Origin: Cereibacter sphaeroides 2.4.1 | GTDB lineage: Bacteria; Pseudomonadota; Alphaproteobacteria; Rhodobacterales; Rhodobacteraceae | NCBI RefSeq assembly: GCF_000012905.2 | Contig: NC_007490.2 | Coordinates: forward strand, 30,001-62,000 | DNA: 32,000 nt | Direction of reading: 5' to 3' | Shown here: in pieces, positions 8,392 through 16,952 of the stretch | Layout: each line of letters opens with the position of its first letter | Position numbering within the stretch: the stretch's first letter is position 1 | Translations under genes and position numbers: made by a program | The notes under the pieces: model-generated | What the model saw: only the letters and a program-made list of their open reading frames with translations | The model's database searches: none | Told to the model about the DNA's origin: nothing

Positions 8392-8619
8392 ATGCAGGTC
8401 GCAAAATGGGGCAACTCGCTGGCCGTCCGCTTGCCCGCGGAGCTTGTTCGGGAACTGGGTCTCAAGGAAGGCGATCAGATCGACTTGGTCAAGGACGACC
8501 ACCAGGTCCGAGTCCGTCGCCTTGCTCGTGCGGATGAGGTGCTGATGGGTCTGCGCCGTTTCCGGGGCGCGTTGCCGGCTGCAGAGCGCCTTAGCCGCAA
8601 CGACGCGCATGAGCGCTGA
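8392..8619 (+). CDS. vapB: AbrB/SpoVT-fold antitoxin (VapB-like)
   Basis: The N-terminus MQVAKWGNSLAVRLPAELVRELGLKEGDQIDL is the AbrB/MazE looped-hinge motif. AGGAGG at 8381-8386. It overlaps the downstream PIN gene by 11 nt. Confidence 0.85.
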   Translation: MQVAKWGNSLAVRLPAELVRELGLKEGDQIDLVKDDHQVRVRRLARADEVLMGLRRFRGALPAAERLSRNDAHER

Positions 8620-9004
8620 GTTCGCGGACACGAACGTCATCCTTTACCTGCTCGATAACGGACCGAAGGCTGACTGTGCCGAGGAAATTCTGGGTCATAG
8701 GCCCCGGATCAGCGTTCAGGTCCTGAACGAGACGCTGGTGAATTGCCGCCGCAAAGCCGGCCTCAGTTGGGAGGAAGCAGGAGCGTTTCTCGAAGGAGTG
8801 CGCGCCCTGTGTCCCGTCGAAAGCCTGACCATTCAGACCCATGACGTCGGCCGCGCCTTGGCGGAACGCTACGGCTTCTCGATCTACGACTCGATTATCG
8901 TCGCCAGCGCTTTGGTCGCGGGGTGCACCACCCTGTGGAGCGAGGACATGCAAGATGGCCTGCTGGTTGAAGGCCAGCTTCGCATCGTCAACCCCTTTGC
9001 ATGA
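8609..9004 (+). CDS. vapC: PIN-domain toxin (VapC-like)
   Basis: 131 aa. Acidic PIN residues sit in DTNVILY, ..YDSIIVASA.. and ..SEDMQDG.. contexts, and it is paired with the upstream antitoxin. Confidence 0.85.
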   Translation: MSAEFADTNVILYLLDNGPKADCAEEILGHRPRISVQVLNETLVNCRRKAGLSWEEAGAFLEGVRALCPVESLTIQTHDVGRALAERYGFSIYDSIIVASALVAGCTTLWSEDMQDGLLVEGQLRIVNPFA

Positions 9005-9083
9005 GCGGGCCGCCTGTGATCCTGGCACTGGCCACAATCTCGTACTCCTTCCATATTGTGAAGGATTTGCAGGGGTTGTTCGG

Positions 9084-9968
9084 CTAGTCAACCAGCCCCA
9101 GCCTCTCAGCCCTCTCCAGCAGCATTTTCACGGATGATGCCTGCCACTTGGTTCTCCCACGTGGGGTGCGTTCACGCATGGCCTCGAGGCGTTTGCAGAT
9201 GTCCTGCAGGGTGATGTTCGGGTCTGCGCCTTTGATGGCGGCGATGATTGCGGGCAGTCGGTCGTCAGTTTCGCGGCGGCCGGCGCGGCCGAGGACGGTT
9301 TCGGGCAGGAAGCCGTCGCGGACATAGGCGTTGACGGCTCGCAGGAGCCGGCTCTGGGTCCAGCGCCGGGCCTCGGGCAGGGGGGCGTTGAGGATGCGCA
9401 GCACGTCTTCCCATGCCATGGCGGGGCGCAGGCGGCGGACGTGGGGCACCCAGTCCTGCGCTGTCTGGTTCAGGCGCTCCATGTAGCCGTCCTGTCGCGC
9501 GAGGCGGATCTTGCGCAGCGCTGCCGGATCGCGGGCGCGCAGGCCCGGGTTGCCGCCGATCCGGCCTTCGGTGCGGGCGCTGGCGAGGCCTGCCTTCGTG
9601 CGCTCGCGGATCAGGGCACGCTCGAACTCGGCCGTGGCGCCGAGGACCTGGAGGGTGAACTTGCCCTGGGGTGAGGCTGTGTCGATCGGGTCTGTCAGCG
9701 AACGGAAGAAGGCGCCCCTAGCCTCGAGGCGTTCGATGACCTCGAGGAGATGGGAGAGCGAGCGCGCGAGGCGGTCGATGCGGACGACGACGAGGGTATC
9801 GCCGCGGCCGATGCGCTCGAGCACCCGCGTCAGCACGGGGCGGGCACGGTTTCCGCCGGAGGCCTGTTCCTGGTGGATCTCGCTGCAGCCTGCGGCCTTG
9901 AGGGCCTGGGACTGGGGCAGGGGGGTCTGGTCCTCGGTGGAGACGCGGGCGTAGCCGATGAGGGGCAT
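9084..9968 (-). CDS. Serine recombinase / resolvase with extended C-terminal region (294 aa)
   Basis: The N-terminus MPLIGYARVSTEDQ carries the catalytic Ser motif. Also present: DTLVVVRIDRLARS and FERALIRERTKAGL. Confidence 0.9.
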   Translation of the reverse strand: MPLIGYARVSTEDQTPLPQSQALKAAGCSEIHQEQASGGNRARPVLTRVLERIGRGDTLVVVRIDRLARSLSHLLEVIERLEARGAFFRSLTDPIDTASPQGKFTLQVLGATAEFERALIRERTKAGLASARTEGRIGGNPGLRARDPAALRKIRLARQDGYMERLNQTAQDWVPHVRRLRPAMAWEDVLRILNAPLPEARRWTQSRLLRAVNAYVRDGFLPETVLGRAGRRETDDRLPAIIAAIKGADPNITLQDICKRLEAMRERTPRGRTKWQASSVKMLLERAERLGLVD

Positions 9969-10164
9969 GGGGGGGGTGGTTTCCAGTTTCGGATGCTGCG
10001 AGTAAACGACCGTTTATAAACAGATGCAATGGTGCTCGCTTGAGCGCTGCTGAGCAGAAAGCCATTTGTTGACTGACGTTAAGCACGATCAGAGGGGGTT
10101 TCAGACCGTCGCGCATGTGCATAAAACAGAATGCGGAAAGCTGGCTGGAAGAAGTGGTGGGTAA

Positions 10165-10178
10165 AGCGCATATGCGCT
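10165..10178. repeat. 14-bp perfect palindrome AGCGCATATGCGCT in the AT-rich region upstream of the resolvase
   Basis: Read directly from the sequence. It is followed by an imperfect palindrome TTTTGCGCGTAAAA (10182-10195) and an AT-rich tract (10196-10230). Confidence 0.6.
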
Positions 10179-10680
10179 GTATTTTGCGCGTAAAAGAACT
10201 AACTATCTGTTTTTAAATTTATAATTTAGGCCGTCTTTTCTGACGTTGAACAGGCTGAGGGGGTGGCCAAGGTCGATCAGGGATCCTGCGAAGGCCGAAC
10301 GAAAGGGAGCCCGGCGATCCAGAGATAGGGCGGCGCGCCCTCGGTCGGTCGCGCAGACAGTCATCCATCACTCATGCGCCTGAAAAATCGCACTCTGAGA
10401 GGTTTGCAGCCAAGGCTCTATTCGCCGTGTGCAAACTGCCCGCTGCGTGTACACATGCAAATCAATCCCGTACGAATGCATGGGCGACCGGATCGCGTCG
10501 GTGTGCTATGCACGAAGGCTATCGGAAATTCTCATGAACATGTCGCACATCCTGCAGCACGACGAACTTGCGCCTTCCCTTCGCAGGAGGGTTCGCGGGC
10601 AGGTCGCAATCAGCAAGCCCGCTTCCTGTCCGCTGGGTCGTGGATCGGCAAGCTTGCAGCCCGACCCGTGCAAGCGCGTG

Positions 10681-11274
10681 ATGCCCCTTTCCCGCGATCT
10701 TCGCGAGAAGACGGGCATGCTCCACAACCGGGCCGAAACGCTCCTCGGCTTGCCAAGCGGCATCATGGGCTGGGCCGATTACGTGGATTGGCTTCGGCAT
10801 TTTCTAGCCTTGTACGATCCGATCGAACGTAGGATTGTGGCCTTTGGAGGCTGGAGCGGGTTGGCATCCTTCGACCCTGACCCGGGCCATTCGCGGCGCC
10901 TGATCCAGGATCTGCACGCCCTTGGCATCGACACCGACCGCATCCCGCGAGCACCGGCCGAATACTGCCCGCCGCTCACGAACTTCGCCCGGGCGCTCGG
11001 CGCCCGCTATGTGCTCGAGGGCTCTGCGCTTGGCGGCAGGGTCATCCTGCATCATCTGAAGAAGCGCATCGGCGACGAAATCGGGAATGCGACTGCCTTC
11101 TTTGGCGGCCCGTCCCACGGGACCGCGACGCACTGGCGTGCCTTCCAGGCTGCGCTGGACCGGTTCGGTGCGGCACATCCCGACAAGAGGGCGGATGTGC
11201 TGGCCGGCGCCGCCGCGACCTTCACGGCGCTCCTCGAATGGTTCACCCCTTTTGTGGCAGCCCGGCGGGTATGA
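10681..11274 (+). CDS. bphO: Heme oxygenase (biliverdin-producing, BphO-type)
   Basis: MPLSRDLREKTGMLHNRAETLL carries the proximal His context. The 197-aa length is typical of the family, and the gene sits immediately upstream of a bacteriophytochrome. The ORF-track start at 10429 is an upstream open-frame extension. Confidence 0.8.
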   Translation: MPLSRDLREKTGMLHNRAETLLGLPSGIMGWADYVDWLRHFLALYDPIERRIVAFGGWSGLASFDPDPGHSRRLIQDLHALGIDTDRIPRAPAEYCPPLTNFARALGARYVLEGSALGGRVILHHLKKRIGDEIGNATAFFGGPSHGTATHWRAFQAALDRFGAAHPDKRADVLAGAAATFTALLEWFTPFVAARRV

Positions 11275-11341
11275 CCGCCCTCCGCCGCCATGCAGGTCTT
11301 TGCCGCACGTTTGCCAGAACTTCGTTGTGCGGGGGTGCCTC

Positions 11342-14137
11342 ATGACGATCTCTGGGGGCACCTTCGACCCTTCGATCTGCGAGATGGAACCGATCGCCAC
11401 GCCCGGCGCGATCCAGCCGCACGGAGCGCTGATGACCGCGCGGGCCGACAGCGGCCGCGTCGCCCATGCCAGCGTCAACTTGGGCGAGATCCTCGGCCTG
11501 CCCGCGGCCTCGGTTCTGGGGGCGCCCATCGGAGAGGTGATCGGGCGCGTCAACGAGATCTTGCTGCGCGAGGCGCGTCGTAGCGGCTCCGAGACGCCGG
11601 AAACAATCGGGTCCTTCCGCAGAAGCGACGGACAGCTGCTGCATCTCCATGCGTTCCAGTCGGGCGACTACATGTGCCTCGACATCGAGCCGGTGCGCGA
11701 TGAGGATGGCCGGCTCCCTCCGGGAGCCAGGCAATCGGTTATCGAGACCTTCTCCAGCGCCATGACGCAGGTGGAACTCTGCGAGCTCGCGGTTCACGGG
11801 CTGCAGCTGGTGCTGGGCTATGACCGGGTGATGGCCTATCGCTTCGGCGCTGACGGACATGGCGAGGTTATCGCCGAGCGGCGCCGGCAGGATCTCGAGC
11901 CTTACCTGGGCTTGCACTACCCGGCATCGGACATTCCGCAAATCGCGCGCGCGCTCTACCTGCGCCAGAGGGTGGGTGCCATTGCGGATGCGTGCTACCG
12001 GCCGGTTCCGTTGCTCGGCCATCCCGAGCTCGACGACGGCAAGCCCCTCGACCTGACGCACAGTTCGCTGCGCAGCGTCTCGCCGGTCCATCTCGACTAC
12101 ATGCAGAACATGAACACGGCGGCCAGCCTGACCATCGGGCTGGCCGACGGCGACAGGCTGTGGGGGATGCTGGTCTGCCACAACACGACCCCCCGTATTG
12201 CCGGCCCCGAGTGGCGTGCGGCGGCGGGCATGATCGGGCAAGTGGTCTCGCTGCTCCTGAGCCGGCTGGGCGAGGTCGAGAATGCCGCCGAGACACTGGC
12301 CCGGCAGTCGACGCTCTCGACGCTGGTCGAACGGCTATCGACCGGTGATACGCTGGCTGCGGCATTTGTCGCGGCAGATCAGCTGATCCTCGATCTGGTC
12401 GGAGCCAGTGCCGCGGTCGTGCGGCTGGCTGGACAGGAATTGCACTTCGGGCGGACGCCGCCGGTCGATGCGATGCAGAAGGTCCTGGACAGTCTGGGTC
12501 GCCCCTCGCCCCTGGAGGTGCTGTCCCTCGACGACGTCACCCTGCGCCATCCCGAGCTGCCAGAGCTGCTGGCGGCCGGAAGCGGCATCCTGCTGCTCCC
12601 CCTGACATCCGGGGACGGAGATCTGATCGCCTGGTTCCGCCCTGAGCATGTGCAGACGATCACCTGGGGTGGCAATCCGGCCGAACATGGCACTTGGAAC
12701 CCGGCAACGCAGCGGATGAGACCGCGCGCCTCGTTCGACGCCTGGAAGGAGACAGTCACCGGCCGCTCGCTTCCCTGGACCTCCGCCGAGCGAAATTGCG
12801 CGCGCGAGCTGGGTGAGGCGATCGCCGCCGAGATGGCGCAGCGAACTCGGGCCGAACTCGCGCGGCTGCGCCATTACGACCCGCTGACCGGCCTTGCGAA
12901 CCGCAGCTACCTTCAGGAGCGCCTGGCGCAGGACGGCCAGTCGGCGGCGGCCTTGCTCTTCATCGACCTCGACCGGTTCAAGGCCGTGAACGACTCGATG
13001 GGGCACGGCGTGGGCGACGGGCTGCTGATCGAAGTGGCACGCAGCCTCGTGGCAACCGTGCGTCCCCATGATCTGGTGGTCCGGCTCGGCGGTGACGAGT
13101 TTGTTGTGCTCTGTCACCGACTGGACGCGGCCGGGATCGTCAGCCTCGCCGAGCGGCTGCGGCAAGTGCTCGAGCAGCCCTTCGAGGTTGCTGGCCGCAA
13201 ATGCCACATCTCCGCCAGCATCGGAATCGCAATGGCGGACAGCATCGGCGATCTGGATCTGGTGCGGGCGGCCGACATCGCGATGTATGCCGCCAAGAAG
13301 AACGGTGGCAACCGGGGCGAGCTGTTCCGCCCCTCGCTGTACGAGGAGACGACGCAGCTCGTCGAACTCGACAACGACATGCGCGGAGCAATCGAAAGCG
13401 AACAGTTTCACCTCGTGTATCAGCCGATCTTCGCCCTCAACCCGGAGACAGAGAGGCTGGTGGGGTTCGAGGCTCTGCTGCGCTGGGACCATCCGCTCCA
13501 CGGTGCCCTGCAGCCCGGCATCTTCATCCCGCTCGCGGAAAGACTTGGGCACATCCATGCAATGGGCAACTGGGTCCTGCGTCGCGCGATCCTGCAGCTG
13601 CAAGCCTTCCGATCCGCCGGCCCGGAGCTGGATCTGAAGATGAACGTGAACGTGTCGCCCCTACAGCTGGCAAGGCCGGACTTTCTGGCGCGTCTCGCCG
13701 ACTTGCTGGCGCAGGTGCCCGACCTCCCGCGCCACGCACTTTGCCTCGAGATCACCGAGACGTCCCTGAGCGACGAGGCCGTCTCCGAGGCCTTGATCTC
13801 GATCCGGGCGCTCGGGGTGCGGATCGCCATCGACGATTTCGGCACAGGCTTCTCGTCGTTGGCCTGCCTGCGCCGACTGCCGGTGGATGTTGCGAAGCTG
13901 GACCGGGCCTTTCTCGGCGGCGGTCATACCGCGGCCCAGGACCATAGGTTCTTTGCCGCGGTCACCGGGCTGGTCCATGCGGCGGATCTGAAGGTGGTGC
14001 AGGAGGGCATCGAGACACTCGATCAGCTTGCCCTCGTTCGCGCGGCCGGGGCTGATTTCGCTCAGGGCTTCCACCTCGCCGCCCCACTCTCCATCGCCGC
14101 CGCGCTTGGCCTGATCGCGGCATCACGAAAGGAATGA
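11342..14137 (+). CDS. bphG: Bacteriophytochrome with GGDEF-EAL output (PAS-GAF-PHY-GGDEF-EAL; BphG1-like)
   Basis: The N-terminus MTISGGTFDPSICEMEPIATPGAIQPHGALM carries the biliverdin-binding Cys context. GAF motifs are YPASDIPQIARALY and SVSPVHLDYMQNM. The GGDEF motif is intact (RLGGDEFVVL). EAL motifs are intact (FEALLRW, DDFGTGFSSL, KLDRAF). Residues upstream of 11342 in the ORF track overlap bphO and show no phytochrome similarity. Confidence 0.9.
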   Translation: MTISGGTFDPSICEMEPIATPGAIQPHGALMTARADSGRVAHASVNLGEILGLPAASVLGAPIGEVIGRVNEILLREARRSGSETPETIGSFRRSDGQLLHLHAFQSGDYMCLDIEPVRDEDGRLPPGARQSVIETFSSAMTQVELCELAVHGLQLVLGYDRVMAYRFGADGHGEVIAERRRQDLEPYLGLHYPASDIPQIARALYLRQRVGAIADACYRPVPLLGHPELDDGKPLDLTHSSLRSVSPVHLDYMQNMNTAASLTIGLADGDRLWGMLVCHNTTPRIAGPEWRAAAGMIGQVVSLLLSRLGEVENAAETLARQSTLSTLVERLSTGDTLAAAFVAADQLILDLVGASAAVVRLAGQELHFGRTPPVDAMQKVLDSLGRPSPLEVLSLDDVTLRHPELPELLAAGSGILLLPLTSGDGDLIAWFRPEHVQTITWGGNPAEHGTWNPATQRMRPRASFDAWKETVTGRSLPWTSAERNCARELGEAIAAEMAQRTRAELARLRHYDPLTGLANRSYLQERLAQDGQSAAALLFIDLDRFKAVNDSMGHGVGDGLLIEVARSLVATVRPHDLVVRLGGDEFVVLCHRLDAAGIVSLAERLRQVLEQPFEVAGRKCHISASIGIAMADSIGDLDLVRAADIAMYAAKKNGGNRGELFRPSLYEETTQLVELDNDMRGAIESEQFHLVYQPIFALNPETERLVGFEALLRWDHPLHGALQPGIFIPLAERLGHIHAMGNWVLRRAILQLQAFRSAGPELDLKMNVNVSPLQLARPDFLARLADLLAQVPDLPRHALCLEITETSLSDEAVSEALISIRALGVRIAIDDFGTGFSSLACLRRLPVDVAKLDRAFLGGGHTAAQDHRFFAAVTGLVHAADLKVVQEGIETLDQLALVRAAGADFAQGFHLAAPLSIAAALGLIAASRKE

Positions 14138-14189
14138 CGCGGACCGGCGTGACGTGCCCCAAGGGTGTGGTTCGCTGTCAATGTTAATG

Positions 14190-14560
14190 CGTCGTAGATC
14201 TTGGCGCCACGGTTGAGGAGGCCGGCGTAGCGGGTGTAATTGGCAAGCCGGAAATCTCACTGCCAGTGGCGCCGGGAGTCGGCAGTGAAGCGATGAACGC
14301 GGGAGCCTTGTGGTTTAGTGGTGGCGCCAGGTCTCGACCACGATCCGGGCCGCGGCCAGGCTGTAGAAGATCTCGCCGGTCAGCAGCTCTTCGCGGAGCT
14401 TGGAGTTGAAGCTCTCGCAGTAGCAGTCCTCCACTGGCTGCCGGGCCGGACGAAAGCAGTACGGGCACCGACAGTGGGGTAGGCCGCGCACCTTCAGAGC
14501 ATGCGCCGCAGGCTCTGTCAGGCGCTTTCCCTGCACAATCGGCAACACCCCACTGGCAAG
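14190..14560 (-). pseudogene. IS3-family transposase C-terminal fragment
   Basis: Minus-strand translation is ...[59 protein letters not shown]. It aligns with the conserved ...ENGYxESFNxKLRDExLNxEIFxxLxEAxxVIExWRxHYNTxRPHSSLGYRPPAP. An in-frame TAA (14315-14317) replaces Tyr. No N-terminal part is present. Confidence 0.7.
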
Positions 14561-14598
14561 TTCTTCTCGCTGGTGTCATATTAAGTCCGGGCTGCGGC

Positions 14599-15153
14599 AT
14601 GCAGCAGAACCTGAAGGTTTCCATGAACGCAAGGACCGACAGCATCCGCGATCTGGCCGTGCCGCTGGGATCCGACGTCTTCCTGCGTTCGCTGCTTCGG
14701 GAACTGGCCGGCACGCTTGAGAAGGTCGTTGGCCTCGACGAAGCGTCTGGATACATCAGCGTTGTCGGCAGCGCGATGGGCGAGCATATCGATGGCGCCT
14801 ACCGCGGTGCTCTGCAGGTTGAAACGCTTAGCCGAGATCAGGTCGGCGCGGTGCTGGTGGATCTGAAGCGGCGTATCGAGGGCGATTTCTACATCCTCGA
14901 AGAGCGCGAAGAGCGTATCGTATTCGGCAACCGGCGCTGCCCCTTCCGCGAGCATGTGCTGGGTCGTCCATCGCTCTGCATGATGACCTCGAACGTCTTT
15001 GGCTCGATCGCGGCCGAGAATCTCGGCTATGCGAGGGTTGATATCGAGCAGTCGATCGCAGCGGGCGACGTGGGCTGCCGCGTGGTGGTATATTTTACCC
15101 CGAAGGAGACACCCGAACCTAACGCACGCGAGTATTTTAGGCGACAGGAGTGA
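14599..15153 (+). CDS. Small soluble Cys-motif protein resembling the MetOD1 (methanogen output domain 1) / V4R-type domain, stand-alone
   Basis: Motifs are [64 protein letters not shown] and DVGCRVVVY. The likely true start is ATG 14623, preceded by GAAGG at 14613-14617. The stop TGA (15151-15153) overlaps the kinase ATG. The family assignment is from memory of the motif, not from a search. Confidence 0.6.
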   Translation: MQQNLKVSMNARTDSIRDLAVPLGSDVFLRSLLRELAGTLEKVVGLDEASGYISVVGSAMGEHIDGAYRGALQVETLSRDQVGAVLVDLKRRIEGDFYILEEREERIVFGNRRCPFREHVLGRPSLCMMTSNVFGSIAAENLGYARVDIEQSIAAGDVGCRVVVYFTPKETPEPNAREYFRRQE

Positions 15154-16187
15154 TGGCGGCAGGGATCGAGCAGTCGCTTCTGGATTTCCTTCAGGAGCCG
15201 GTCTTCCTTCTGACGCCGCAGGGCCGGATCATGCGTGCCAATGCTGCCGCCCTGCGCCTCATCGGCGGTGACCGCAGTGGCGAGGATCTGGGTTCCTTTC
15301 TTGAGACGCCGTCCAATGAGTTTCGGGCATGGCTGAGGTGCTGCTCGGGAACATCGAGCCCAATGGCAGGCCAGTTGCTGTTCCGCCAGCCGGAGGCGGG
15401 ACCCCGGCGCCTGCGGATGCAGGGGGCGAGGCTGCGCGAGGCGGGCGGGCATGTTATGATAGCGGTACGATGCACGGCCCCCGACTCCGACCGCTTCTCG
15501 GTACTCAAGAAGGAGGTGGCACAGCTGAATGCGGAGGCGCATGCGCGCCGCCAGCGCCAGTCGCTTCTGGAAGAGGCACTACACCGCAACATGATCATGC
15601 TGCGCGAACTCAACCACCGGGTGAAGAACAACATCCAGCTCATGGTCGGGCTCTTTTCGGCTGCCATCCGCGAGACCGGATCCGAGGAGGTGAGGGATGT
15701 GCTTCAGGCGGCCAACCAGCGCCTCCTTGCGGTCGGCGCGGCGCAGGCGCTGATGTACGAGACACAGCAAGTTTCGATGGTCTCTTCCGCCGCGTTCCTG
15801 GAGGCTCTGGCAAGCACCCTGTCGGTCACCCTTGGCCCCGAGGTGCGCCTCGAGGTTTCAGCTACCGAGGGGAGGCTGTCCAGTGAGGCCACCTTCCCGC
15901 TGGCGCTGATCGTGAACGAACTGGTGACGAACGCGGTCAAGCACGGGCTTCGCGGTGGGACAGGGGCGGTCCGCATCGTGTTGGATAGACAGGGGCATGA
16001 ATTCACGCTGATCGTGCAGGATGACGGCCCCGGGATTGTGACGGCTGGCTCGTGGCGCCGCTCCTCAGGACTGGGCATCGTGAAGGGACTGTGTCGCCAG
16101 CTTGGAGCCGAGCTACGAATCGAAAAACAAGATGGGGCGCGCATTATCGTGCGGTTCACCGATAGCGGGAACGAATTCCTTACATGA
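15153..16187 (+). CDS. Soluble sensor histidine kinase, PAS + HisKA_2/HWE-type dimerisation domain + HATPase
   Basis: The H-box is LRELNHRVKNNIQLMVGLF. The N-box is LIVNELVTNAVKHG and the G-box is VQDDGPGI...SGLGIVKGL. An N-terminal PAS-like region is present (FLLTPQGRIMRANAAALRLIG). No hydrophobic TM segment is visible. The ATG overlaps the upstream stop (TGATG). Confidence 0.85.
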   Translation: MAAGIEQSLLDFLQEPVFLLTPQGRIMRANAAALRLIGGDRSGEDLGSFLETPSNEFRAWLRCCSGTSSPMAGQLLFRQPEAGPRRLRMQGARLREAGGHVMIAVRCTAPDSDRFSVLKKEVAQLNAEAHARRQRQSLLEEALHRNMIMLRELNHRVKNNIQLMVGLFSAAIRETGSEEVRDVLQAANQRLLAVGAAQALMYETQQVSMVSSAAFLEALASTLSVTLGPEVRLEVSATEGRLSSEATFPLALIVNELVTNAVKHGLRGGTGAVRIVLDRQGHEFTLIVQDDGPGIVTAGSWRRSSGLGIVKGLCRQLGAELRIEKQDGARIIVRFTDSGNEFLT

Positions 16188-16648
16188 CCCTTTATAGCGT
16201 CGCGCCGCCTCAGGCTCCGGAAGACGCCAGCAAATTGGCGGCGACGTTGGAAAACGTGGGCGCAGGTCGGAAGCCGCCTGCCCGCATCCTCGTGGTCGAG
16301 GACGAGTGGCTAGTCGCCTGCGAGATCGAGGCCGCGCTCGCAGACGAGGGATTGGAAGTCGTCGGCATCGCCGCTAGCGCTGAGGAGGCACTCCAAATGG
16401 CCGAGGTTCATATGCCCGAACTGGTCTTGATGGACATCCGGATCCGTGGCAACGGCGACGGAATCTACGCGGCCCTCGAGATCAGCCGTCGCTTTGGCCT
16501 ACGGTCCCTCTTCGTGTCCGCCAATGACGATCCCGGAACCCGCGAGCGTGCTCAGGCGGCTCATCCGCTAGGCTGGTTGCCGAAGCCCTTTTCGACAATG
16601 CAGCTCGTTTCGGCCGTCGAAGAGGCGCTGCGGGGCCTTCGACCCTGA
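16184..16648 (+). CDS. Single-domain response regulator (receiver only) with an N-terminal extension of about 30 aa
   Basis: ILVVEDE acidic pocket, LVLMDIRI phospho-acceptor Asp context, and LPKPF conserved Lys. No output domain. ATGA overlap with the kinase stop (16184-16187). Confidence 0.85.
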   Translation: MTLYSVAPPQAPEDASKLAATLENVGAGRKPPARILVVEDEWLVACEIEAALADEGLEVVGIAASAEEALQMAEVHMPELVLMDIRIRGNGDGIYAALEISRRFGLRSLFVSANDDPGTRERAQAAHPLGWLPKPFSTMQLVSAVEEALRGLRP

Positions 16649-16730
16649 CGGTGATAATTGTCACACAGAAGTGAGCCGGGTTCGCAGTTACCCCGCGGAC
16701 TTGGCCAAGGGGGGTCCGAACTAGGCCGCA

Positions 16731-16850
16731 TTGCAGACAAATAGAGCTTCGAATTCCTCGTGGATTCGGTGGCAGAAGGCGGAATGCAGTCGCTTCGAGT
16801 TGTAGACCTGCTCCATGAACACAAACAAGCGGCAGCCAATCGGGGCGCGA
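16731..16850 (-). pseudogene. IS3-family transposase extreme C-terminal fragment
   Basis: Minus-strand translation is RLFVFMEQVYNSKRLHSAFCHRIHEEFEALF...*. It matches the conserved IS3 tail (..IEvFYNrkRlHSaLGYxSPxeFE). The stop is at 16731-16733. It is cut off upstream by the IS5-like fragment. Confidence 0.55.
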
Positions 16851-16952
16851 ATACGGAGACCTAAACACAGGTCTCTAGGCTCAGGACCCGTTGATCTGCT
16901 TGCGCCGCGCCGGCCGGCGTGATTCGCGGCCCTCGATCAACGGGGGGCCACG

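Noticed and set aside
10400-10470. Possible PpsR/CrtJ site (TGT-N12-ACA) upstream of bphO
   Set aside because: I checked each TGT in the TGTGCAAACTGCCCGCTGCGTGTACACATGC stretch. None is followed by ACA at 12-nt spacing. Only a 7-bp inverted repeat GTTTGCA...TGCAAAC is present, and I cannot tie it to a regulator.
11087-11341. 85-residue N-terminal extension of the phytochrome ORF (also 10429-10680 for bphO, 17316-17657 for SulP, 24777-25010 for the glycosyltransferase)
   Set aside because: The extensions overlap upstream genes or lack any family similarity. Family-typical N-termini begin at internal ATGs, so I moved the starts downstream.
11243-13603. Long minus-strand ORFs (332 aa and 422 aa) opposite the bacteriophytochrome gene
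   Set aside because: These are antisense shadows of a strongly supported CDS and I recognise no domains in them.
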